Positions 47,064-59,431 are shown, counted from the stretch's first letter. The stretch is DNA of 64,000 nucleotides from an uncultured Gammaproteobacteria bacterium (GCA_964404855.1 CAYOLO010000001.1:297322-361321), one strand, 5' to 3'. A program made the numbers and translations. Notes: generated by a model from the letters alone, not told the origin.

Positions 47064-48375
47064 AAAAACTACTAAAACCGTAGATTATTCGCTGGACACA
47101 TTGGATAACGGTATTAGGGTTTTGACGGTTGAAGATAAAAGTATCGAATCTGTTTTTGTTGAATTACTTTTTGGGGCAGGTTCTAGGTATGAGACTAAGG
47201 AAATAAATGGTATTTCACATTTTCTGGAACATATGTTTTTTAAGGGAACAAGGAAAAGACCAACTGCGAGAGAAATATCATCGATTCTGGATGGTATCGG
47301 GGCTGATTTTAATGCGTACACAGGTAAGGATCATACAGGTTATTACATTAGAAGTTCGGCCAAACATTTGGAGCTAAATGTTGAACTGTTGTCCGATATG
47401 TTGCTTCATAGCAAGTTGGATAAGGAAGAAATTGAGCGCGAAAAGGGTGTAATTGTTGAAGAGATGAGGATGTACCGAGATGATCCATCTAGGCAAGTTT
47501 ATGATGTGTATGAAGAGCTATTGTATGGAGACAGGCCATTGGGTTGGAGTATTGGTGGACCTGAAAAGACTATTAATTCCCTAACTCGAAATAAATTTTT
47601 GGAGTACCTCGAAAGTTTGTATAAACCAAACAATATGATTTTTGTTGTCGCAGGAAATGTAACGCCAATTATGGCAAAAAAATTGGCGCAAAAATATTTC
47701 GGTAAGATGAAAAAAGGAGATTTTGGTTTACCTGAGGTTTTTATTGATGATCAGCTTGTGCCAAGACTTTCTTTACAATATAAAAAAACTGATCAGGCAC
47801 ATATTATTTTAGGGTTTAAGTCTTTTGGAGCCAAAGATCCTGATGTTTTGGCAGCTTTGGTATTGTCGAGAATTTTGGGTGGTGGAATGAGTAGTCGACT
47901 ATTTGAAGAGGTACGAGAAAGAAGAGGCCTAGCTTATCGAGTTAACGCGAATCATTACGAGTATGTAGATACAGGATCTTTTGTGGTTAAACTGGGGTCA
48001 AAAGTTGAAAAAGTCGAAGAAGCAATTAAGGTAATTTTGAGTGAAATATCGAGAATGAAAACAGAGCCTGTTTCACATGCTGAGTTGCAAAGAGCGCTCG
48101 ATTCTATCGATGGTCATACTGCACTTGAAATGGAATCAAAAAAGAGTATTGCTTCGGGCTATGGCACTCAATTACTTTTGGAAAATAAGATTGATACCGT
48201 AAAAGACGAATTGAAAAAAATCAGTAAAGTAACGAATGCAGATATTTTGAGAGTCGCAAATCGAATATTTAATGATGAAAAGATGAATTTGGCGATAATT
48301 GGTCCATATAAAGAAAAATCTAGGTTTGAAAAATTATTAAAGATTAAGAGGTATACAAAAAGTCTGGGTTCTTAG
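47038..48375 (+). CDS. M16 family zinc peptidase (insulinase-like)
   Basis: HFLEHMFFKGT (HxxEH) zinc-binding motif. The start is ambiguous (TTG 47023 or ATG 47038). Confidence 0.8.
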   Translation: MKSKTSKSKKTTKTVDYSLDTLDNGIRVLTVEDKSIESVFVELLFGAGSRYETKEINGISHFLEHMFFKGTRKRPTAREISSILDGIGADFNAYTGKDHTGYYIRSSAKHLELNVELLSDMLLHSKLDKEEIEREKGVIVEEMRMYRDDPSRQVYDVYEELLYGDRPLGWSIGGPEKTINSLTRNKFLEYLESLYKPNNMIFVVAGNVTPIMAKKLAQKYFGKMKKGDFGLPEVFIDDQLVPRLSLQYKKTDQAHIILGFKSFGAKDPDVLAALVLSRILGGGMSSRLFEEVRERRGLAYRVNANHYEYVDTGSFVVKLGSKVEKVEEAIKVILSEISRMKTEPVSHAELQRALDSIDGHTALEMESKKSIASGYGTQLLLENKIDTVKDELKKISKVTNADILRVANRIFNDEKMNLAIIGPYKEKSRFEKLLKIKRYTKSLGS

Positions 48376-48387
48376 GTTTAGTAAAAT

Positions 48388-48702
48388 ATGACCTTCAAGG
48401 AAAAAGTAATTAAATCCATTCTATCTGTTCCGGAAGGGAAAGTTACCACATACGGAACTATTGCTTTAATGGCTGGGCTATCGAGAGGGGGAAGATTGGT
48501 GGGGGGAATTTTGCATCATCAGACTGAAAAATATAATTTGCCTTGGCAAAGGGTGATAAATAGAGAAGGATTTATTTCTACAAGCTGCTCAGAGCACCAA
48601 AAAAGTTTGCAAAAAGCCTTGCTGGAATCAGAAGGGGTAGAAGTAAGTGATGATTTTGTGGTAGATTTGCAGAAATTCGGATGGTGGGGTCCGGAGAACT
48701 AG
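48388..48702 (+). CDS. alkyltransferase-like (Atl/YbaZ) protein: MGMT DNA-binding domain with Trp in place of the catalytic Cys
   Basis: PWQRVIN where Ogt/Ada has PCHRV. Helix-turn-helix TYGTIALMAG. Confidence 0.6.
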   Translation: MTFKEKVIKSILSVPEGKVTTYGTIALMAGLSRGGRLVGGILHHQTEKYNLPWQRVINREGFISTSCSEHQKSLQKALLESEGVEVSDDFVVDLQKFGWWGPEN

Positions 48703-48743
48703 AAAATTTTTATTAGTAAACAAATATAAGGAGAAAATAAAAA

Positions 48744-49238
48744 ATGGAAAGAACATTAGTACTACTTAAGCCTGACGCAGTTGATCGTGGTTTGGTTGGT
48801 GAGATTTTACAAAGATTTGAAAAAGTCGGACTAAAAATCGCTGGAATGAAACTAATTTGGCCAAAAGAAGATGTGGCAAAAAAACACTACACAGAAGATT
48901 TGGCGGCTAGGCGTGGCGAAAATATTAGGAACATGATGATTGAAATGCTTGTGTCTGGACCAGTGGTAGCCGTTTGTTTGGAAGGTATTGAGGCCGTTGA
49001 ACAGGTTAGGAAAATGGTAGGCTCGACTGAGCCTAAATCCGCCCTGCCTGGCACGATTCGTGGTGATTATGCACATGTTTCTTATAAACATGCGGACGAG
49101 AAAGGTATTGGAATCTTTAACTTAATACATGCTTCAAGCAGTGTTGAAGAAGGGATTACTGAGACTGAGGTGTGGTTTAGTGAAGACGAACTTTGTGACC
49201 ACGAAGCAAGTTATACAAAGCACACAATTAAGTATTAA
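48744..49238 (+). CDS. ndk: nucleoside diphosphate kinase
   Basis: ERTLVLLKPDAV...GLKIAGMK and the NLIHAS active-site region. C-terminal extension. Confidence 0.85.
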   Translation: MERTLVLLKPDAVDRGLVGEILQRFEKVGLKIAGMKLIWPKEDVAKKHYTEDLAARRGENIRNMMIEMLVSGPVVAVCLEGIEAVEQVRKMVGSTEPKSALPGTIRGDYAHVSYKHADEKGIGIFNLIHASSSVEEGITETEVWFSEDELCDHEASYTKHTIKY

Positions 49239-49469
49239 AAATTGAGGCTAAAAATCTATTGACCTGTTAATGTTTAAGTGTTAGAATCGCGTACAGCAAA
49301 ATTAAAGATTAAAGCTTATTTAAACGGGACAGACTAATTTTCGGGGGAAATCCCGTTTTTAGTTGGTTTCCCAATATACTTATTAGCTTAATATTTAGCT
49401 GACTCACAAGATTGCAGGTTGTGTGGGTTGAGACTGAAGGACTATCGCTTGTTAGTTGCGATGATTTTT

Positions 49470-49542
49470 GGGCCGGTAGCTCAGTTGGTAGAGCATCGCA
49501 TTTGCAATGCGAGGGTCAGGAGTTCGAGTCTCCTTCGGTCCA
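49470..49542 (+). tRNA. tRNA-Ala (anticodon UGC), leader of the rRNA unit
   Basis: gggccgg...anticodon loop ttTGCaa...T-arm aggag-ttcgagt-ctcct. G3:U70 pair. Confidence 0.8.
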
Positions 49543-49726
49543 CTGTTTAGACTTTTGAACGGGTATTTTAAAATTAAAATTCCCGTATTTGGGTCTAACC
49601 AAAACAAAAAATTAGGCTTGAACTTTAAAAACTGAATAGAAAATATTTGTCCAAAAATATTTTTGACGAGAAAAACTTTTACAGAAAAGAGAAAAAATTA
49701 GTTCTTTATCTGCGAACAAAAAAGAT

Positions 49727-52622
<2,896 letters not shown>

Positions 52623-52836
52623 GAGTTTTCTTGTTTTTTAAAACAAGATATTTCCAGTCTTTTTTATTCGCAAAAAGAATTTTTCGTTCTTAAGTGTTTA
52701 AAAGGCAAATTAAGTTTTGTGATAAATTTCTTATCTTTAACAATTTATTGTTAAAGGCAGAAATGATTTGCGAAGCAAACATTTCTATTCAGTTTTTAGG
52801 TGTTCAAGCTTTTTTTGTGCTTGAAAGATTACTATT

Positions 52837-53217
52837 ATGGCAAAACCAGAGAGTAAAATATTCGATTTTGATTTAGGTGGTTATTTTGATTTTGGTGCGC
52901 CTGAAATTAAGGGAGAGTTTTCTGAAGATGAGGTTGATTTTTTAGGTGCAGTCTTAAGAGATAGAGTAATGGTTAGAATGCTTGCGAAAAGGGGAATTAA
53001 TGTCCGAGCTGTTTTGAGATACATGCTAAGTGAAGAAGAAATCGTTGGGTTTCTGGAGTCATCTGTGTCAGAAGATGTTATGGCTGAAGTGGCAAAACAT
53101 CTTGATTTTAGAGTGAATACAGCACTTTTGAATGAAAAAATTGAACCTGAGAGTGCAGAAAGGATATTAGCTTTTCGAAATAGCCGACTGCCAGCGTTTA
53201 CTTTGGACCAGTCTTGA
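52837..53217 (+). CDS. hypothetical small acidic protein encoded in the 23S-5S spacer
   Basis: A 126-aa ORF with protein-like composition (MAKPESKIFDFDLGG...). No recognisable family. It lies entirely between the rRNA genes. Confidence 0.35.
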   Translation: MAKPESKIFDFDLGGYFDFGAPEIKGEFSEDEVDFLGAVLRDRVMVRMLAKRGINVRAVLRYMLSEEEIVGFLESSVSEDVMAEVAKHLDFRVNTALLNEKIEPESAERILAFRNSRLPAFTLDQS

Positions 53218-53243
53218 CATTAAGAGTAAATGAAGCTAAAATT

Positions 53244-53360
53244 CTCGAACGGTTGTTGAAGCGGTTTGGTCCCACCTGATCCCATCCCGAACTCAGAAGT
53301 GAAACGAGCCAGCGGTGACAATAGTTATTGCGAAAGCGATTATGAAGATAGCTCGCAGCC
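53244..53360 (+). rRNA. rrf: 5S ribosomal RNA
   Basis: Conserved core ggtcccacctgatcccatcccgaactcagaagtgaaacg. The ends are approximate. Confidence 0.6.
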
Positions 53361-54015
53361 GTATTAAGATTTAGCCATCCCTAAAGGATGGCTATTTTTT
53401 TGTTTGCCCTCTAAAGTGCGTATTCAAATGCTTAGAATTACGCCTTGCGCCTTGAGAACACTCAAGGCTAAAAGGAGGGCTTTTTGTTTTTTGTAGCTGC
53501 GTTTTTGCTCAAAAGATAGTTACTCGCTAGAACTCGTCAAAATTCTGGTTCCACCAAATTTTTCCTTGTTCAAGCTACGTCCTGCGAATCAGGATACCTG
53601 ATTCTAATGCTCGCAGCCGTATTAAAATTTGACCATCCCTAAAGGATGGTCATTTTTTTTGTTATATTTTGCCCTCTAAAGTGCGTATTCAAGTGCTTTG
53701 AATTACGCCTTGCGCCTTGAGAACACTCAAGGCTAAAAGGAGAGCTTTTTCTTTATGTACACCATCTAAAATGCTCGCTCAATCGAGCTTGAGCTACGCT
53801 TTGCGCTTCAAGATTAAAAAATATTTTAATCCTCTCGTTGAGAAGGAAACCTAAAGCTAAAAAGATGGTCATTTTTTTGGTTGTTTTCTGATTAAGGATA
53901 GTTACTCGCCAAAATTCCTCCAAAAACTGTCTCCGTCATTTTTGTCATCAGTTTTGGCTACGTCCTGCGTTTTGGGAAACCCAAAACTTAAAAGGAGGGC
54001 TTTTTGTTTGTTTGC
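53336..54015 (+). repeat. degenerate tandem array of ~150-bp modules, each carrying intrinsic-terminator-like hairpins
   Basis: Two near-identical modules at 53336-53490 and 53607-53760 (gctcgcagccgtattaa..ccatccctaaaggatgg+T-run..gccttgagaacactcaaggc..aaaaggagggcttttt), plus two or more partial copies (53795-53880, 53960-54015). The first module includes the 5S 3' end. Confidence 0.75.
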
Positions 54016-54214
54016 GACCTTCGATGAGGTTTTTTTTTATTGTGTGTCGAGTTACTAAGACGAATCTTGAACACTTTATACCACTTCGCGAGTCAATCGA
54101 CAAATACTGGGATAGAAGTAAGTTCAATTACGCCGTTTTTAGCCAGGCAATCCTAGAAACTAACAACCAATTTCAGTATAATGGAATGTACCGATACTAA
54201 GGGAAATATCGAAA

Positions 54215-54469
54215 GTGCGCCACCTGGCGCAAAATAATAAAGATACTATGAACGCAACAAACGACACGCAAAAACCTACACCTGAAAGCACGAACCCTAT
54301 TAAGCAGGTTGTTGATGTGATGAAAAAGGTCGATACCTCTAGCCCAGAGGCAAAGCAGAACGAAGTAAGCATTACCGACAAAAACGGCAAGCGTATAAAA
54401 CTAGACGACGAAGAAGTGAGATTTAATTATTTTAAGGGAACTTTTGAACGAAAAAGCGGCAAAAAATAG
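54215..54469 (+). CDS. hypothetical small protein (element-borne)
   Basis: 84-aa ORF. No recognisable domain. Confidence 0.35.
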   Translation: MRHLAQNNKDTMNATNDTQKPTPESTNPIKQVVDVMKKVDTSSPEAKQNEVSITDKNGKRIKLDDEEVRFNYFKGTFERKSGKK

Positions 54470-54503
54470 TCTATCTTATTAAGCAAGTCCATGTTGAACA
54501 TAT

Positions 54504-55118
54504 ATGTATGCTATTAACGATAACGAATTTATCGAAAAACACGTAACCGATGCACTCTACAAAAAGATAATCGGTGAACTTCGCACGAATCTCGACGGTA
54601 CAAAGAAAAAAGATAAGGGCAGGAAACGAGAACTAACCCGCGAAATACTACGCCAATATCTTTTTAACCTGTCTCTGACTGGCGAGTACGAATTCTCGGC
54701 TGAATCCGCAGGTTTGCCAGAAAAAAGAAGGCAAAAATACATGACTGAATCAGAGTCATTTCGTGGGGTATCTAGCCTGGCGAAGAATAATGTGTCGCTA
54801 CGGTCAAGAATAGCGGTTGCCCAGGCCATAATGGGACGTAGGCCGAGCTACTATAAACTTACTCACCCAATTACGAACCAGCCTACCTACATAGAGTTAA
54901 AAGAAACTCTGCCGAACGTTAATGCGGCTATGTGGTGGCTGGAAAAAGTAGATAAAATTGGCGCAGTGAAAGAAGACGACGACCCATACAAAAATCCCAA
55001 ACTGGGCGCACCACGAAACGAGCATGAAGCTGAATTGTTAGAAGGACTTTTGAAGAGTCACACGGATTACGAGATAGAAAAGTGGCAAAAAGCGCGACAG
55101 GCGCAACAACAAAAATAA
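54504..55118 (+). CDS. hypothetical protein (element-borne)
   Basis: 204-aa ORF of charged composition. No recognisable motif. Confidence 0.45.
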   Translation: MYAINDNEFIEKHVTDALYKKIIGELRTNLDGTKKKDKGRKRELTREILRQYLFNLSLTGEYEFSAESAGLPEKRRQKYMTESESFRGVSSLAKNNVSLRSRIAVAQAIMGRRPSYYKLTHPITNQPTYIELKETLPNVNAAMWWLEKVDKIGAVKEDDDPYKNPKLGAPRNEHEAELLEGLLKSHTDYEIEKWQKARQAQQQK

Positions 55119-55196
55119 AGCAACAATTGGGCCATAGGTCTTGATAATCTTAGATGGGTTTGGTATATTGATTTTGTTAACTCTAGTTAACTTAAT

Positions 55197-56321
55197 ATGA
55201 CCGACAAAGCCACTTTCAATAAAAACATCTACAAAACTACAGGCGACTTGTTAAGTGTAAAAGAAGCCGCTGATTTACTTGGTACTCACCCGAATACAAT
55301 TCGTAGATGGGCAAAGGATGGGAAAATTAAGTCCACCCGTGTGGGTGCGAGAAAAGACAGGAAATTTAATAAAGATGAACTTCTTAAAGAAGCGTTGAAT
55401 GTCAAAGTCGTGGATGGTAAGCAGGAAGCCTACGAAAAATACTACGATTATCTGAAATCTTTATTCAAAAGAACGATTGAAAAGAACCCCGTAGAGTCCT
55501 TGTATAACACCCTTCAAGTTTCTGGTATGCACTATGGACACTGGGACCCGACTTACGAAATTTACGACTTTTTCGATGACTTTAATAAATTACTCGCCGA
55601 GGAAAGCAAAAAAGACCCATCTTCGAAACGTGTCTACCGCATTGGCCTTTTGATGTATGGCCATGCAATAGAGATGGCTCTACCGTGGAACTTACTTGCC
55701 AACGCTCTGAATATATTGAATGGTCGCCCATATAACGTTAGTCCATTCTTAGACCTTATGAGAAGAAAAAAGGGCTCGTTGTACTCGATACCACCATCCA
55801 CAAAACAAAAGATGGTTAGGGTCAAAGAACTCGCTAGAGAAGCTAAAGAAGAAAAGCTAGTAGAGATTATCGACGAATTTTTCAGTGACGCCGTTCGAAA
55901 TAGTTTTTACCATTCCGACTACTGCCTGACCGATACAGAGTTTCGCTTTTCCGATGGCGGAATCGCTTCTTCAAAGCATTTAGAGGAAATTGACCATCTA
56001 ATAAGTCGCTGTTTTGCTTTTTACGAGGCTTTGCTTAACGCTCATTCGTGGACAAGGGCATTTTATAAAGCCGTAAAGCCCTACCACAAATGGCCAAACT
56101 ACGAGGTATTCGAAATACTAAAGAACGATAAAGAAGTTTATGGCTTCAAGGTTCACTTTTCTAATGGCCAGGTAGCAAAGTTCACGCGCGAACCTGAAAA
56201 GGTAGAGGCCATAAATCTACACTTTGACCATGATGGCAGTATCAACTTTTTTGCGGGCAACCTGGACAAACTAACTAAACAGTGGCTTTTAGACGGCAAG
56301 CCGTTTACAGAGAAACAATAA
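55197..56321 (+). CDS. excisionase/MerR-type HTH DNA-binding protein with a large C-terminal domain of unknown function
   Basis: N-terminal LSVKEAADLLGTHPNTIRRWAKDGKIKSTRVG (HTH_17-like). Confidence 0.55.
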   Translation: MTDKATFNKNIYKTTGDLLSVKEAADLLGTHPNTIRRWAKDGKIKSTRVGARKDRKFNKDELLKEALNVKVVDGKQEAYEKYYDYLKSLFKRTIEKNPVESLYNTLQVSGMHYGHWDPTYEIYDFFDDFNKLLAEESKKDPSSKRVYRIGLLMYGHAIEMALPWNLLANALNILNGRPYNVSPFLDLMRRKKGSLYSIPPSTKQKMVRVKELAREAKEEKLVEIIDEFFSDAVRNSFYHSDYCLTDTEFRFSDGGIASSKHLEEIDHLISRCFAFYEALLNAHSWTRAFYKAVKPYHKWPNYEVFEILKNDKEVYGFKVHFSNGQVAKFTREPEKVEAINLHFDHDGSINFFAGNLDKLTKQWLLDGKPFTEKQ

Positions 56322-56326
56322 CATCT

Positions 56327-57214
56327 ATGAGAAACAGAATTAAGTATTCCCAAAATTTCCTTAAAAGCAGTGATTTAATCGAAAGCCTTTTAGAAAAATC
56401 TTCTATTAGCGCGGACGACGTAGTCATAGAAATAGGTGCAGGTGAAGGCATTATTACCCAAGAACTCGCAAAAAAAGCTAAAAAGGTTATCGCTTTTGAA
56501 ATAGATAATAACTTATCCCAAAAACTTAAAGCCAGGTTCCTAGATAAAGGCCTCGTAGAAATTATTAGTCAAGATTTTCTTCAATTTGAACTACCCAAAA
56601 ATGATTACAAAGTGTTTTCAAACATCCCCTTTAATCTTACGGCCAATATAATCAAGAAGCTCGCCTATGCAAACATTCCACCCATAGATAGCTATTTAAT
56701 TATTCAAAAAGAAGCCGCCCAAAAGTTTGCAGGAAAGCCACTTTCGGCCAACAATAGCCTTGTTTCAGTTTTAATTCAGAGTCATTTTGAAGTTTCCATC
56801 TTCCACCAATTTAGAAAAGATGACTTCTTCCCCAGACCAATGGTGGATACTGTAATGATTAGGTTTCAAAAACTGGATGTAGCGAAAATAAAAGCTAATG
56901 AAAAAGATTTATTTTATGACTTTGTTACATTTGGCTTTAACCAGTTCGAGCCAAACATATTTAAGGGCTTATCTAAGGTTATGAACACCAACGCCATAAA
57001 TGAAGTTGCTAACACCAATCGTTTTTCCGTCACAGTTAAACCAAGTCAACTTAATACAAGCGATTGGGTAGCTTTATTTGAAAAGTTCAACTTAGTAGGC
57101 AACAAATCTAAAGTCTTGGGAAATTACAAACGGTTGTTAGGGCAACAAAGTACGTTAGAAAAAGTAAACCGAACCAGGCTAGATAAAAACTGGAAAAATA
57201 GTGCTTCTAACTAG
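56327..57214 (+). CDS. Erm-family 23S rRNA (adenine-N6)-methyltransferase-like protein (KsgA/Erm fold)
   Basis: KYSQNFL, VIEIGAGEGIIT (SAM-binding), FSNIPFNLTANIIKKL, and FFPRPMVDTVMIRF match ErmB/ErmC block for block. The ATG at 56327 sits 5 nt after the upstream stop. Confidence 0.6.
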   Translation: MRNRIKYSQNFLKSSDLIESLLEKSSISADDVVIEIGAGEGIITQELAKKAKKVIAFEIDNNLSQKLKARFLDKGLVEIISQDFLQFELPKNDYKVFSNIPFNLTANIIKKLAYANIPPIDSYLIIQKEAAQKFAGKPLSANNSLVSVLIQSHFEVSIFHQFRKDDFFPRPMVDTVMIRFQKLDVAKIKANEKDLFYDFVTFGFNQFEPNIFKGLSKVMNTNAINEVANTNRFSVTVKPSQLNTSDWVALFEKFNLVGNKSKVLGNYKRLLGQQSTLEKVNRTRLDKNWKNSASN

Positions 57215-57223
57215 AGTAAAACT

Positions 57224-58834
57224 ATGTATGACGAAGAAAACCAAGTCGATATTAAATCGCTAAAATATGTTCTATACGCTCGTAAATCAACCGACGACCC
57301 ACAAAGGCAGTTGCGTTCAATCCCTGACCAAATAGACGAATGTAAAAAGCTAGCCGAACGACTTGAACTAAACGTAGTCGAAGTTTTAGAAGAAAAGAAA
57401 TCAGCAAAAATACCCAGACGAAGACCAGTCTTTGATTCGATGATGGAAGCAATCGGCAAGGGTCAATACGACGCGATACTGGCCTGGCATCCCGACAGAT
57501 TAGCTCGTAACGCCCTTGAAGCTGGCGTCCTAATCGAAATGGTGGACGAAGGAATAATTCAGGACTTAAAATTCGTTACCCACCACTTTAGCCCAGACGC
57601 TAATGGCAAAATGCTTCTGGGAATGGCCTTTGTACTGTCTAAGCAATACAGCGATAAACTTTCCCAGGATGTTACCAGGGGCGTTAGAAGACGCCATAGA
57701 GAAGGTATAACACCTGCCTTTAAGCATGGTTACCTTCGAGACGAAAATGGTATCTATAGACCCGATGGTGAAAAGTTCGACTTAATAAAACAAGGCTGGA
57801 TTATGCGCGCCGATGGAGAATCCTTAGAGGACATCGCGAAATATCTTAATGATAATAATTACTTCCGACTTATTATCGGTGAGAAAAGTAAAAACTATCT
57901 GGGGAAGCAGTACATGACTACCCAGAAGTTAAGTAACATATTCAAAGACCCTTTTTACTTTGGTTTGTTGGTGCAAGTAAAGCAAGAAGTAGATTTATGC
58001 GAAATGCACGAGGATTTCGTGGCAATGGTAAGCCGAGATTTATACGATAAGGTACAAGCGTTGACATTAAATCGGCCAAATCCCTATAAAACCAAGCACC
58101 CAAACTTTTATCCCTTAAAACAAATGATTGATTGCGCCTATTGCGGGGGCAACATGGTCGTAGGCCCGTCTAGTGGTCGTAAAGAAAACTATTTGTATTA
58201 CCGATGCGATACCGCTTCTTGCGCTAGAAATACGCTTGAAAACAAATCTAAACGCCCAAGCGACCCTACAAAAATTAAGGTGTCAATTCGAGCAAAGATA
58301 ATCTTTGACTTTATTTACGACTTCTTGAAGGACGGCCTCGGTTTAACAGAAAAGGAATACAAAGAATACTATCAAGGACTTAAAGCCCTGGGTGATAACG
58401 AGCTTCAAAAGATACGAGCGCAGATAGCAAGCTATCAAGGACAGCGACGCCATTTACAGTCCGAGGTTAGAAGAATTGCCCTTAGCTTGCCAAGAATCAG
58501 AGATGACGAGACGGTTTACCAAATCAATAAAGAAGAACTTGAAAAGGATAAACGCGACCTTAGCCAAGTGGAGACTAATATCGAAAAGTTAAAGGCGAAA
58601 CTTGTTGATAAAGACGATGACGAACTGTCCCTAGAAGAATTCTTGAACATATCAAAAAATGCAGGTAAGAAGGTCAAAGCTGGCGATGCAATCGTAAAAG
58701 ATACAATTTGCCGAATAATCTTCTTGAACATAGCCGTCGACAACGAAAAAGTGACGTCGTATCGGCTAAAAGAACCCTTCGCTACCCTGCTAAAAAGCAG
58801 GTCTTCCCAAAATGGTCGGGGTGGTCGGATTTGA
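57224..58834 (+). CDS. large serine recombinase (resolvase-type catalytic domain + recombinase/zinc-ribbon/coiled-coil C-terminus)
   Basis: YARKSTDDPQRQ...SIPDQ catalytic Ser region, DRLARN, C-terminal CxxC...C cluster (CAYCGG...CDTASC) and coiled-coil. The last 22 nt are tRNA-Pro sequence. Confidence 0.8.
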   Translation: MYDEENQVDIKSLKYVLYARKSTDDPQRQLRSIPDQIDECKKLAERLELNVVEVLEEKKSAKIPRRRPVFDSMMEAIGKGQYDAILAWHPDRLARNALEAGVLIEMVDEGIIQDLKFVTHHFSPDANGKMLLGMAFVLSKQYSDKLSQDVTRGVRRRHREGITPAFKHGYLRDENGIYRPDGEKFDLIKQGWIMRADGESLEDIAKYLNDNNYFRLIIGEKSKNYLGKQYMTTQKLSNIFKDPFYFGLLVQVKQEVDLCEMHEDFVAMVSRDLYDKVQALTLNRPNPYKTKHPNFYPLKQMIDCAYCGGNMVVGPSSGRKENYLYYRCDTASCARNTLENKSKRPSDPTKIKVSIRAKIIFDFIYDFLKDGLGLTEKEYKEYYQGLKALGDNELQKIRAQIASYQGQRRHLQSEVRRIALSLPRIRDDETVYQINKEELEKDKRDLSQVETNIEKLKAKLVDKDDDELSLEEFLNISKNAGKKVKAGDAIVKDTICRIIFLNIAVDNEKVTSYRLKEPFATLLKSRSSQNGRGGRI

Positions 58835-58888
58835 ACCGACGGCCTCGCCGTCCCGAACGACGCGCTCTACCAGCTGAGCTACACCCCG
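58813..58888 (-). tRNA. tRNA-Pro (anticodon CGG), CCA encoded
   Basis: Minus-strand cloverleaf: cggggtg-ta-gctc-agctggta-gagc-g-cgtcg-ttCGGga-cggcg-aggcc-gtcgg-ttcaaat-ccgac-caccccg-a-cca. Confidence 0.8.
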
Positions 58889-59013
58889 TCGTCGAAATGA
58901 GCTACATCGTTGCGAATTGAGACGACATTCAATTATATGTCTCAATTCTTACATTTTTCGCTATTTCTCCTCTCCCCATTTTGTAAACAAAACGGGGGCC
59001 CCGTTTTTTAAGG

Positions 59014-59105
59014 AGACACCAAGGTTTCCCTTCAAAAAACTCTGGGCATAGCCCAGTTTTGTAAACAAAAACGTTTTCTCTTCCTTTCCTGTAAAACAAA
59101 AGCCA
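59014..59105 (+). repeat. ~90-bp repeat element, copy 1 (gacaccaaggtttcccttca...gttttgtaaacaaaaacgttttctcttcctttcct)
   Basis: ~80% identical to copy 2. It begins with the imperfect inverted repeat aaggaga/tcccttc and contains the ctgggcatagcccag hairpin plus a T-run. Confidence 0.7.
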
Positions 59106-59348
59106 AAAGAATAAGAGAGCTTGACCATAATTTTGTTTGAAACAGGAAACAGGGGGTATTGTGACCATTTTGAGGCTAAAAATCAACCGTTTTTATACAC
59201 ATGGCCTGTAATAATTGTGGATTAATCGTATTTTACTATCCCATAGTAAGTTGTTATCGATATAAAGTAAAATTTAAGGTAAAATATTGAGGCTGAAACG
59301 GCATATTTAATCGAAAATCGGCTGTTTGTGATTTTGAGTGGTAGCTTT

Positions 59349-59367
59349 GCCCTTGTAGCTCAGTGGA
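59349..59367 (+). pseudogene. truncated duplicate of the tRNA-Arg 5' end (19 nt: gcccttgtagctcagtgga)
   Basis: Identical to the first 19 nt of the intact tRNA-Arg 83 bp downstream. Confidence 0.6.
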
Positions 59368-59431
59368 GAAGCTTTTAGGAATCTTTTCCACTTCGTACAA
59401 TTTCTTGATTTATTGAGAAATTTTAAATCAA

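Larger units (their letters stand above)
54010..58888. mobile_element. putative ~4.9-kb integrative element: serine recombinase whose 3' end overlaps the tRNA-Pro 3' end, plus an HTH protein, two small proteins and an Erm-like methyltransferase as cargo
   Basis: All genes lie on the same strand between the terminator-repeat array and tRNA-Pro. GC is slightly above backbone. The recombinase reads through 22 nt of the tRNA. Confidence 0.5.

Noticed and set aside
54012-54200. Track ORF 54012..54200 (62 aa) at the left edge of the element
   Set aside because: Starts inside the terminator-repeat tail, is short, and has no supporting signals. Not called as a gene.
56327-57214. Possibility that the methyltransferase is the housekeeping 16S dimethyltransferase KsgA/RsmA rather than Erm
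   Set aside because: Kept as the alternative hypothesis but not preferred. The motif-level match is closer to ErmB/ErmC (KYSQNFL, IIKK, FFPRPMV), and it sits between an HTH protein and a serine recombinase at a tRNA boundary. Without a search I cannot exclude KsgA.
58929-59186. Track ORF 58929..59186(-) (85 aa)
   Set aside because: It overlaps the 90-bp repeat element and palindromes next to tRNA-Pro. It has a Phe/Lys-rich odd composition and no start context, so it is likely non-coding.
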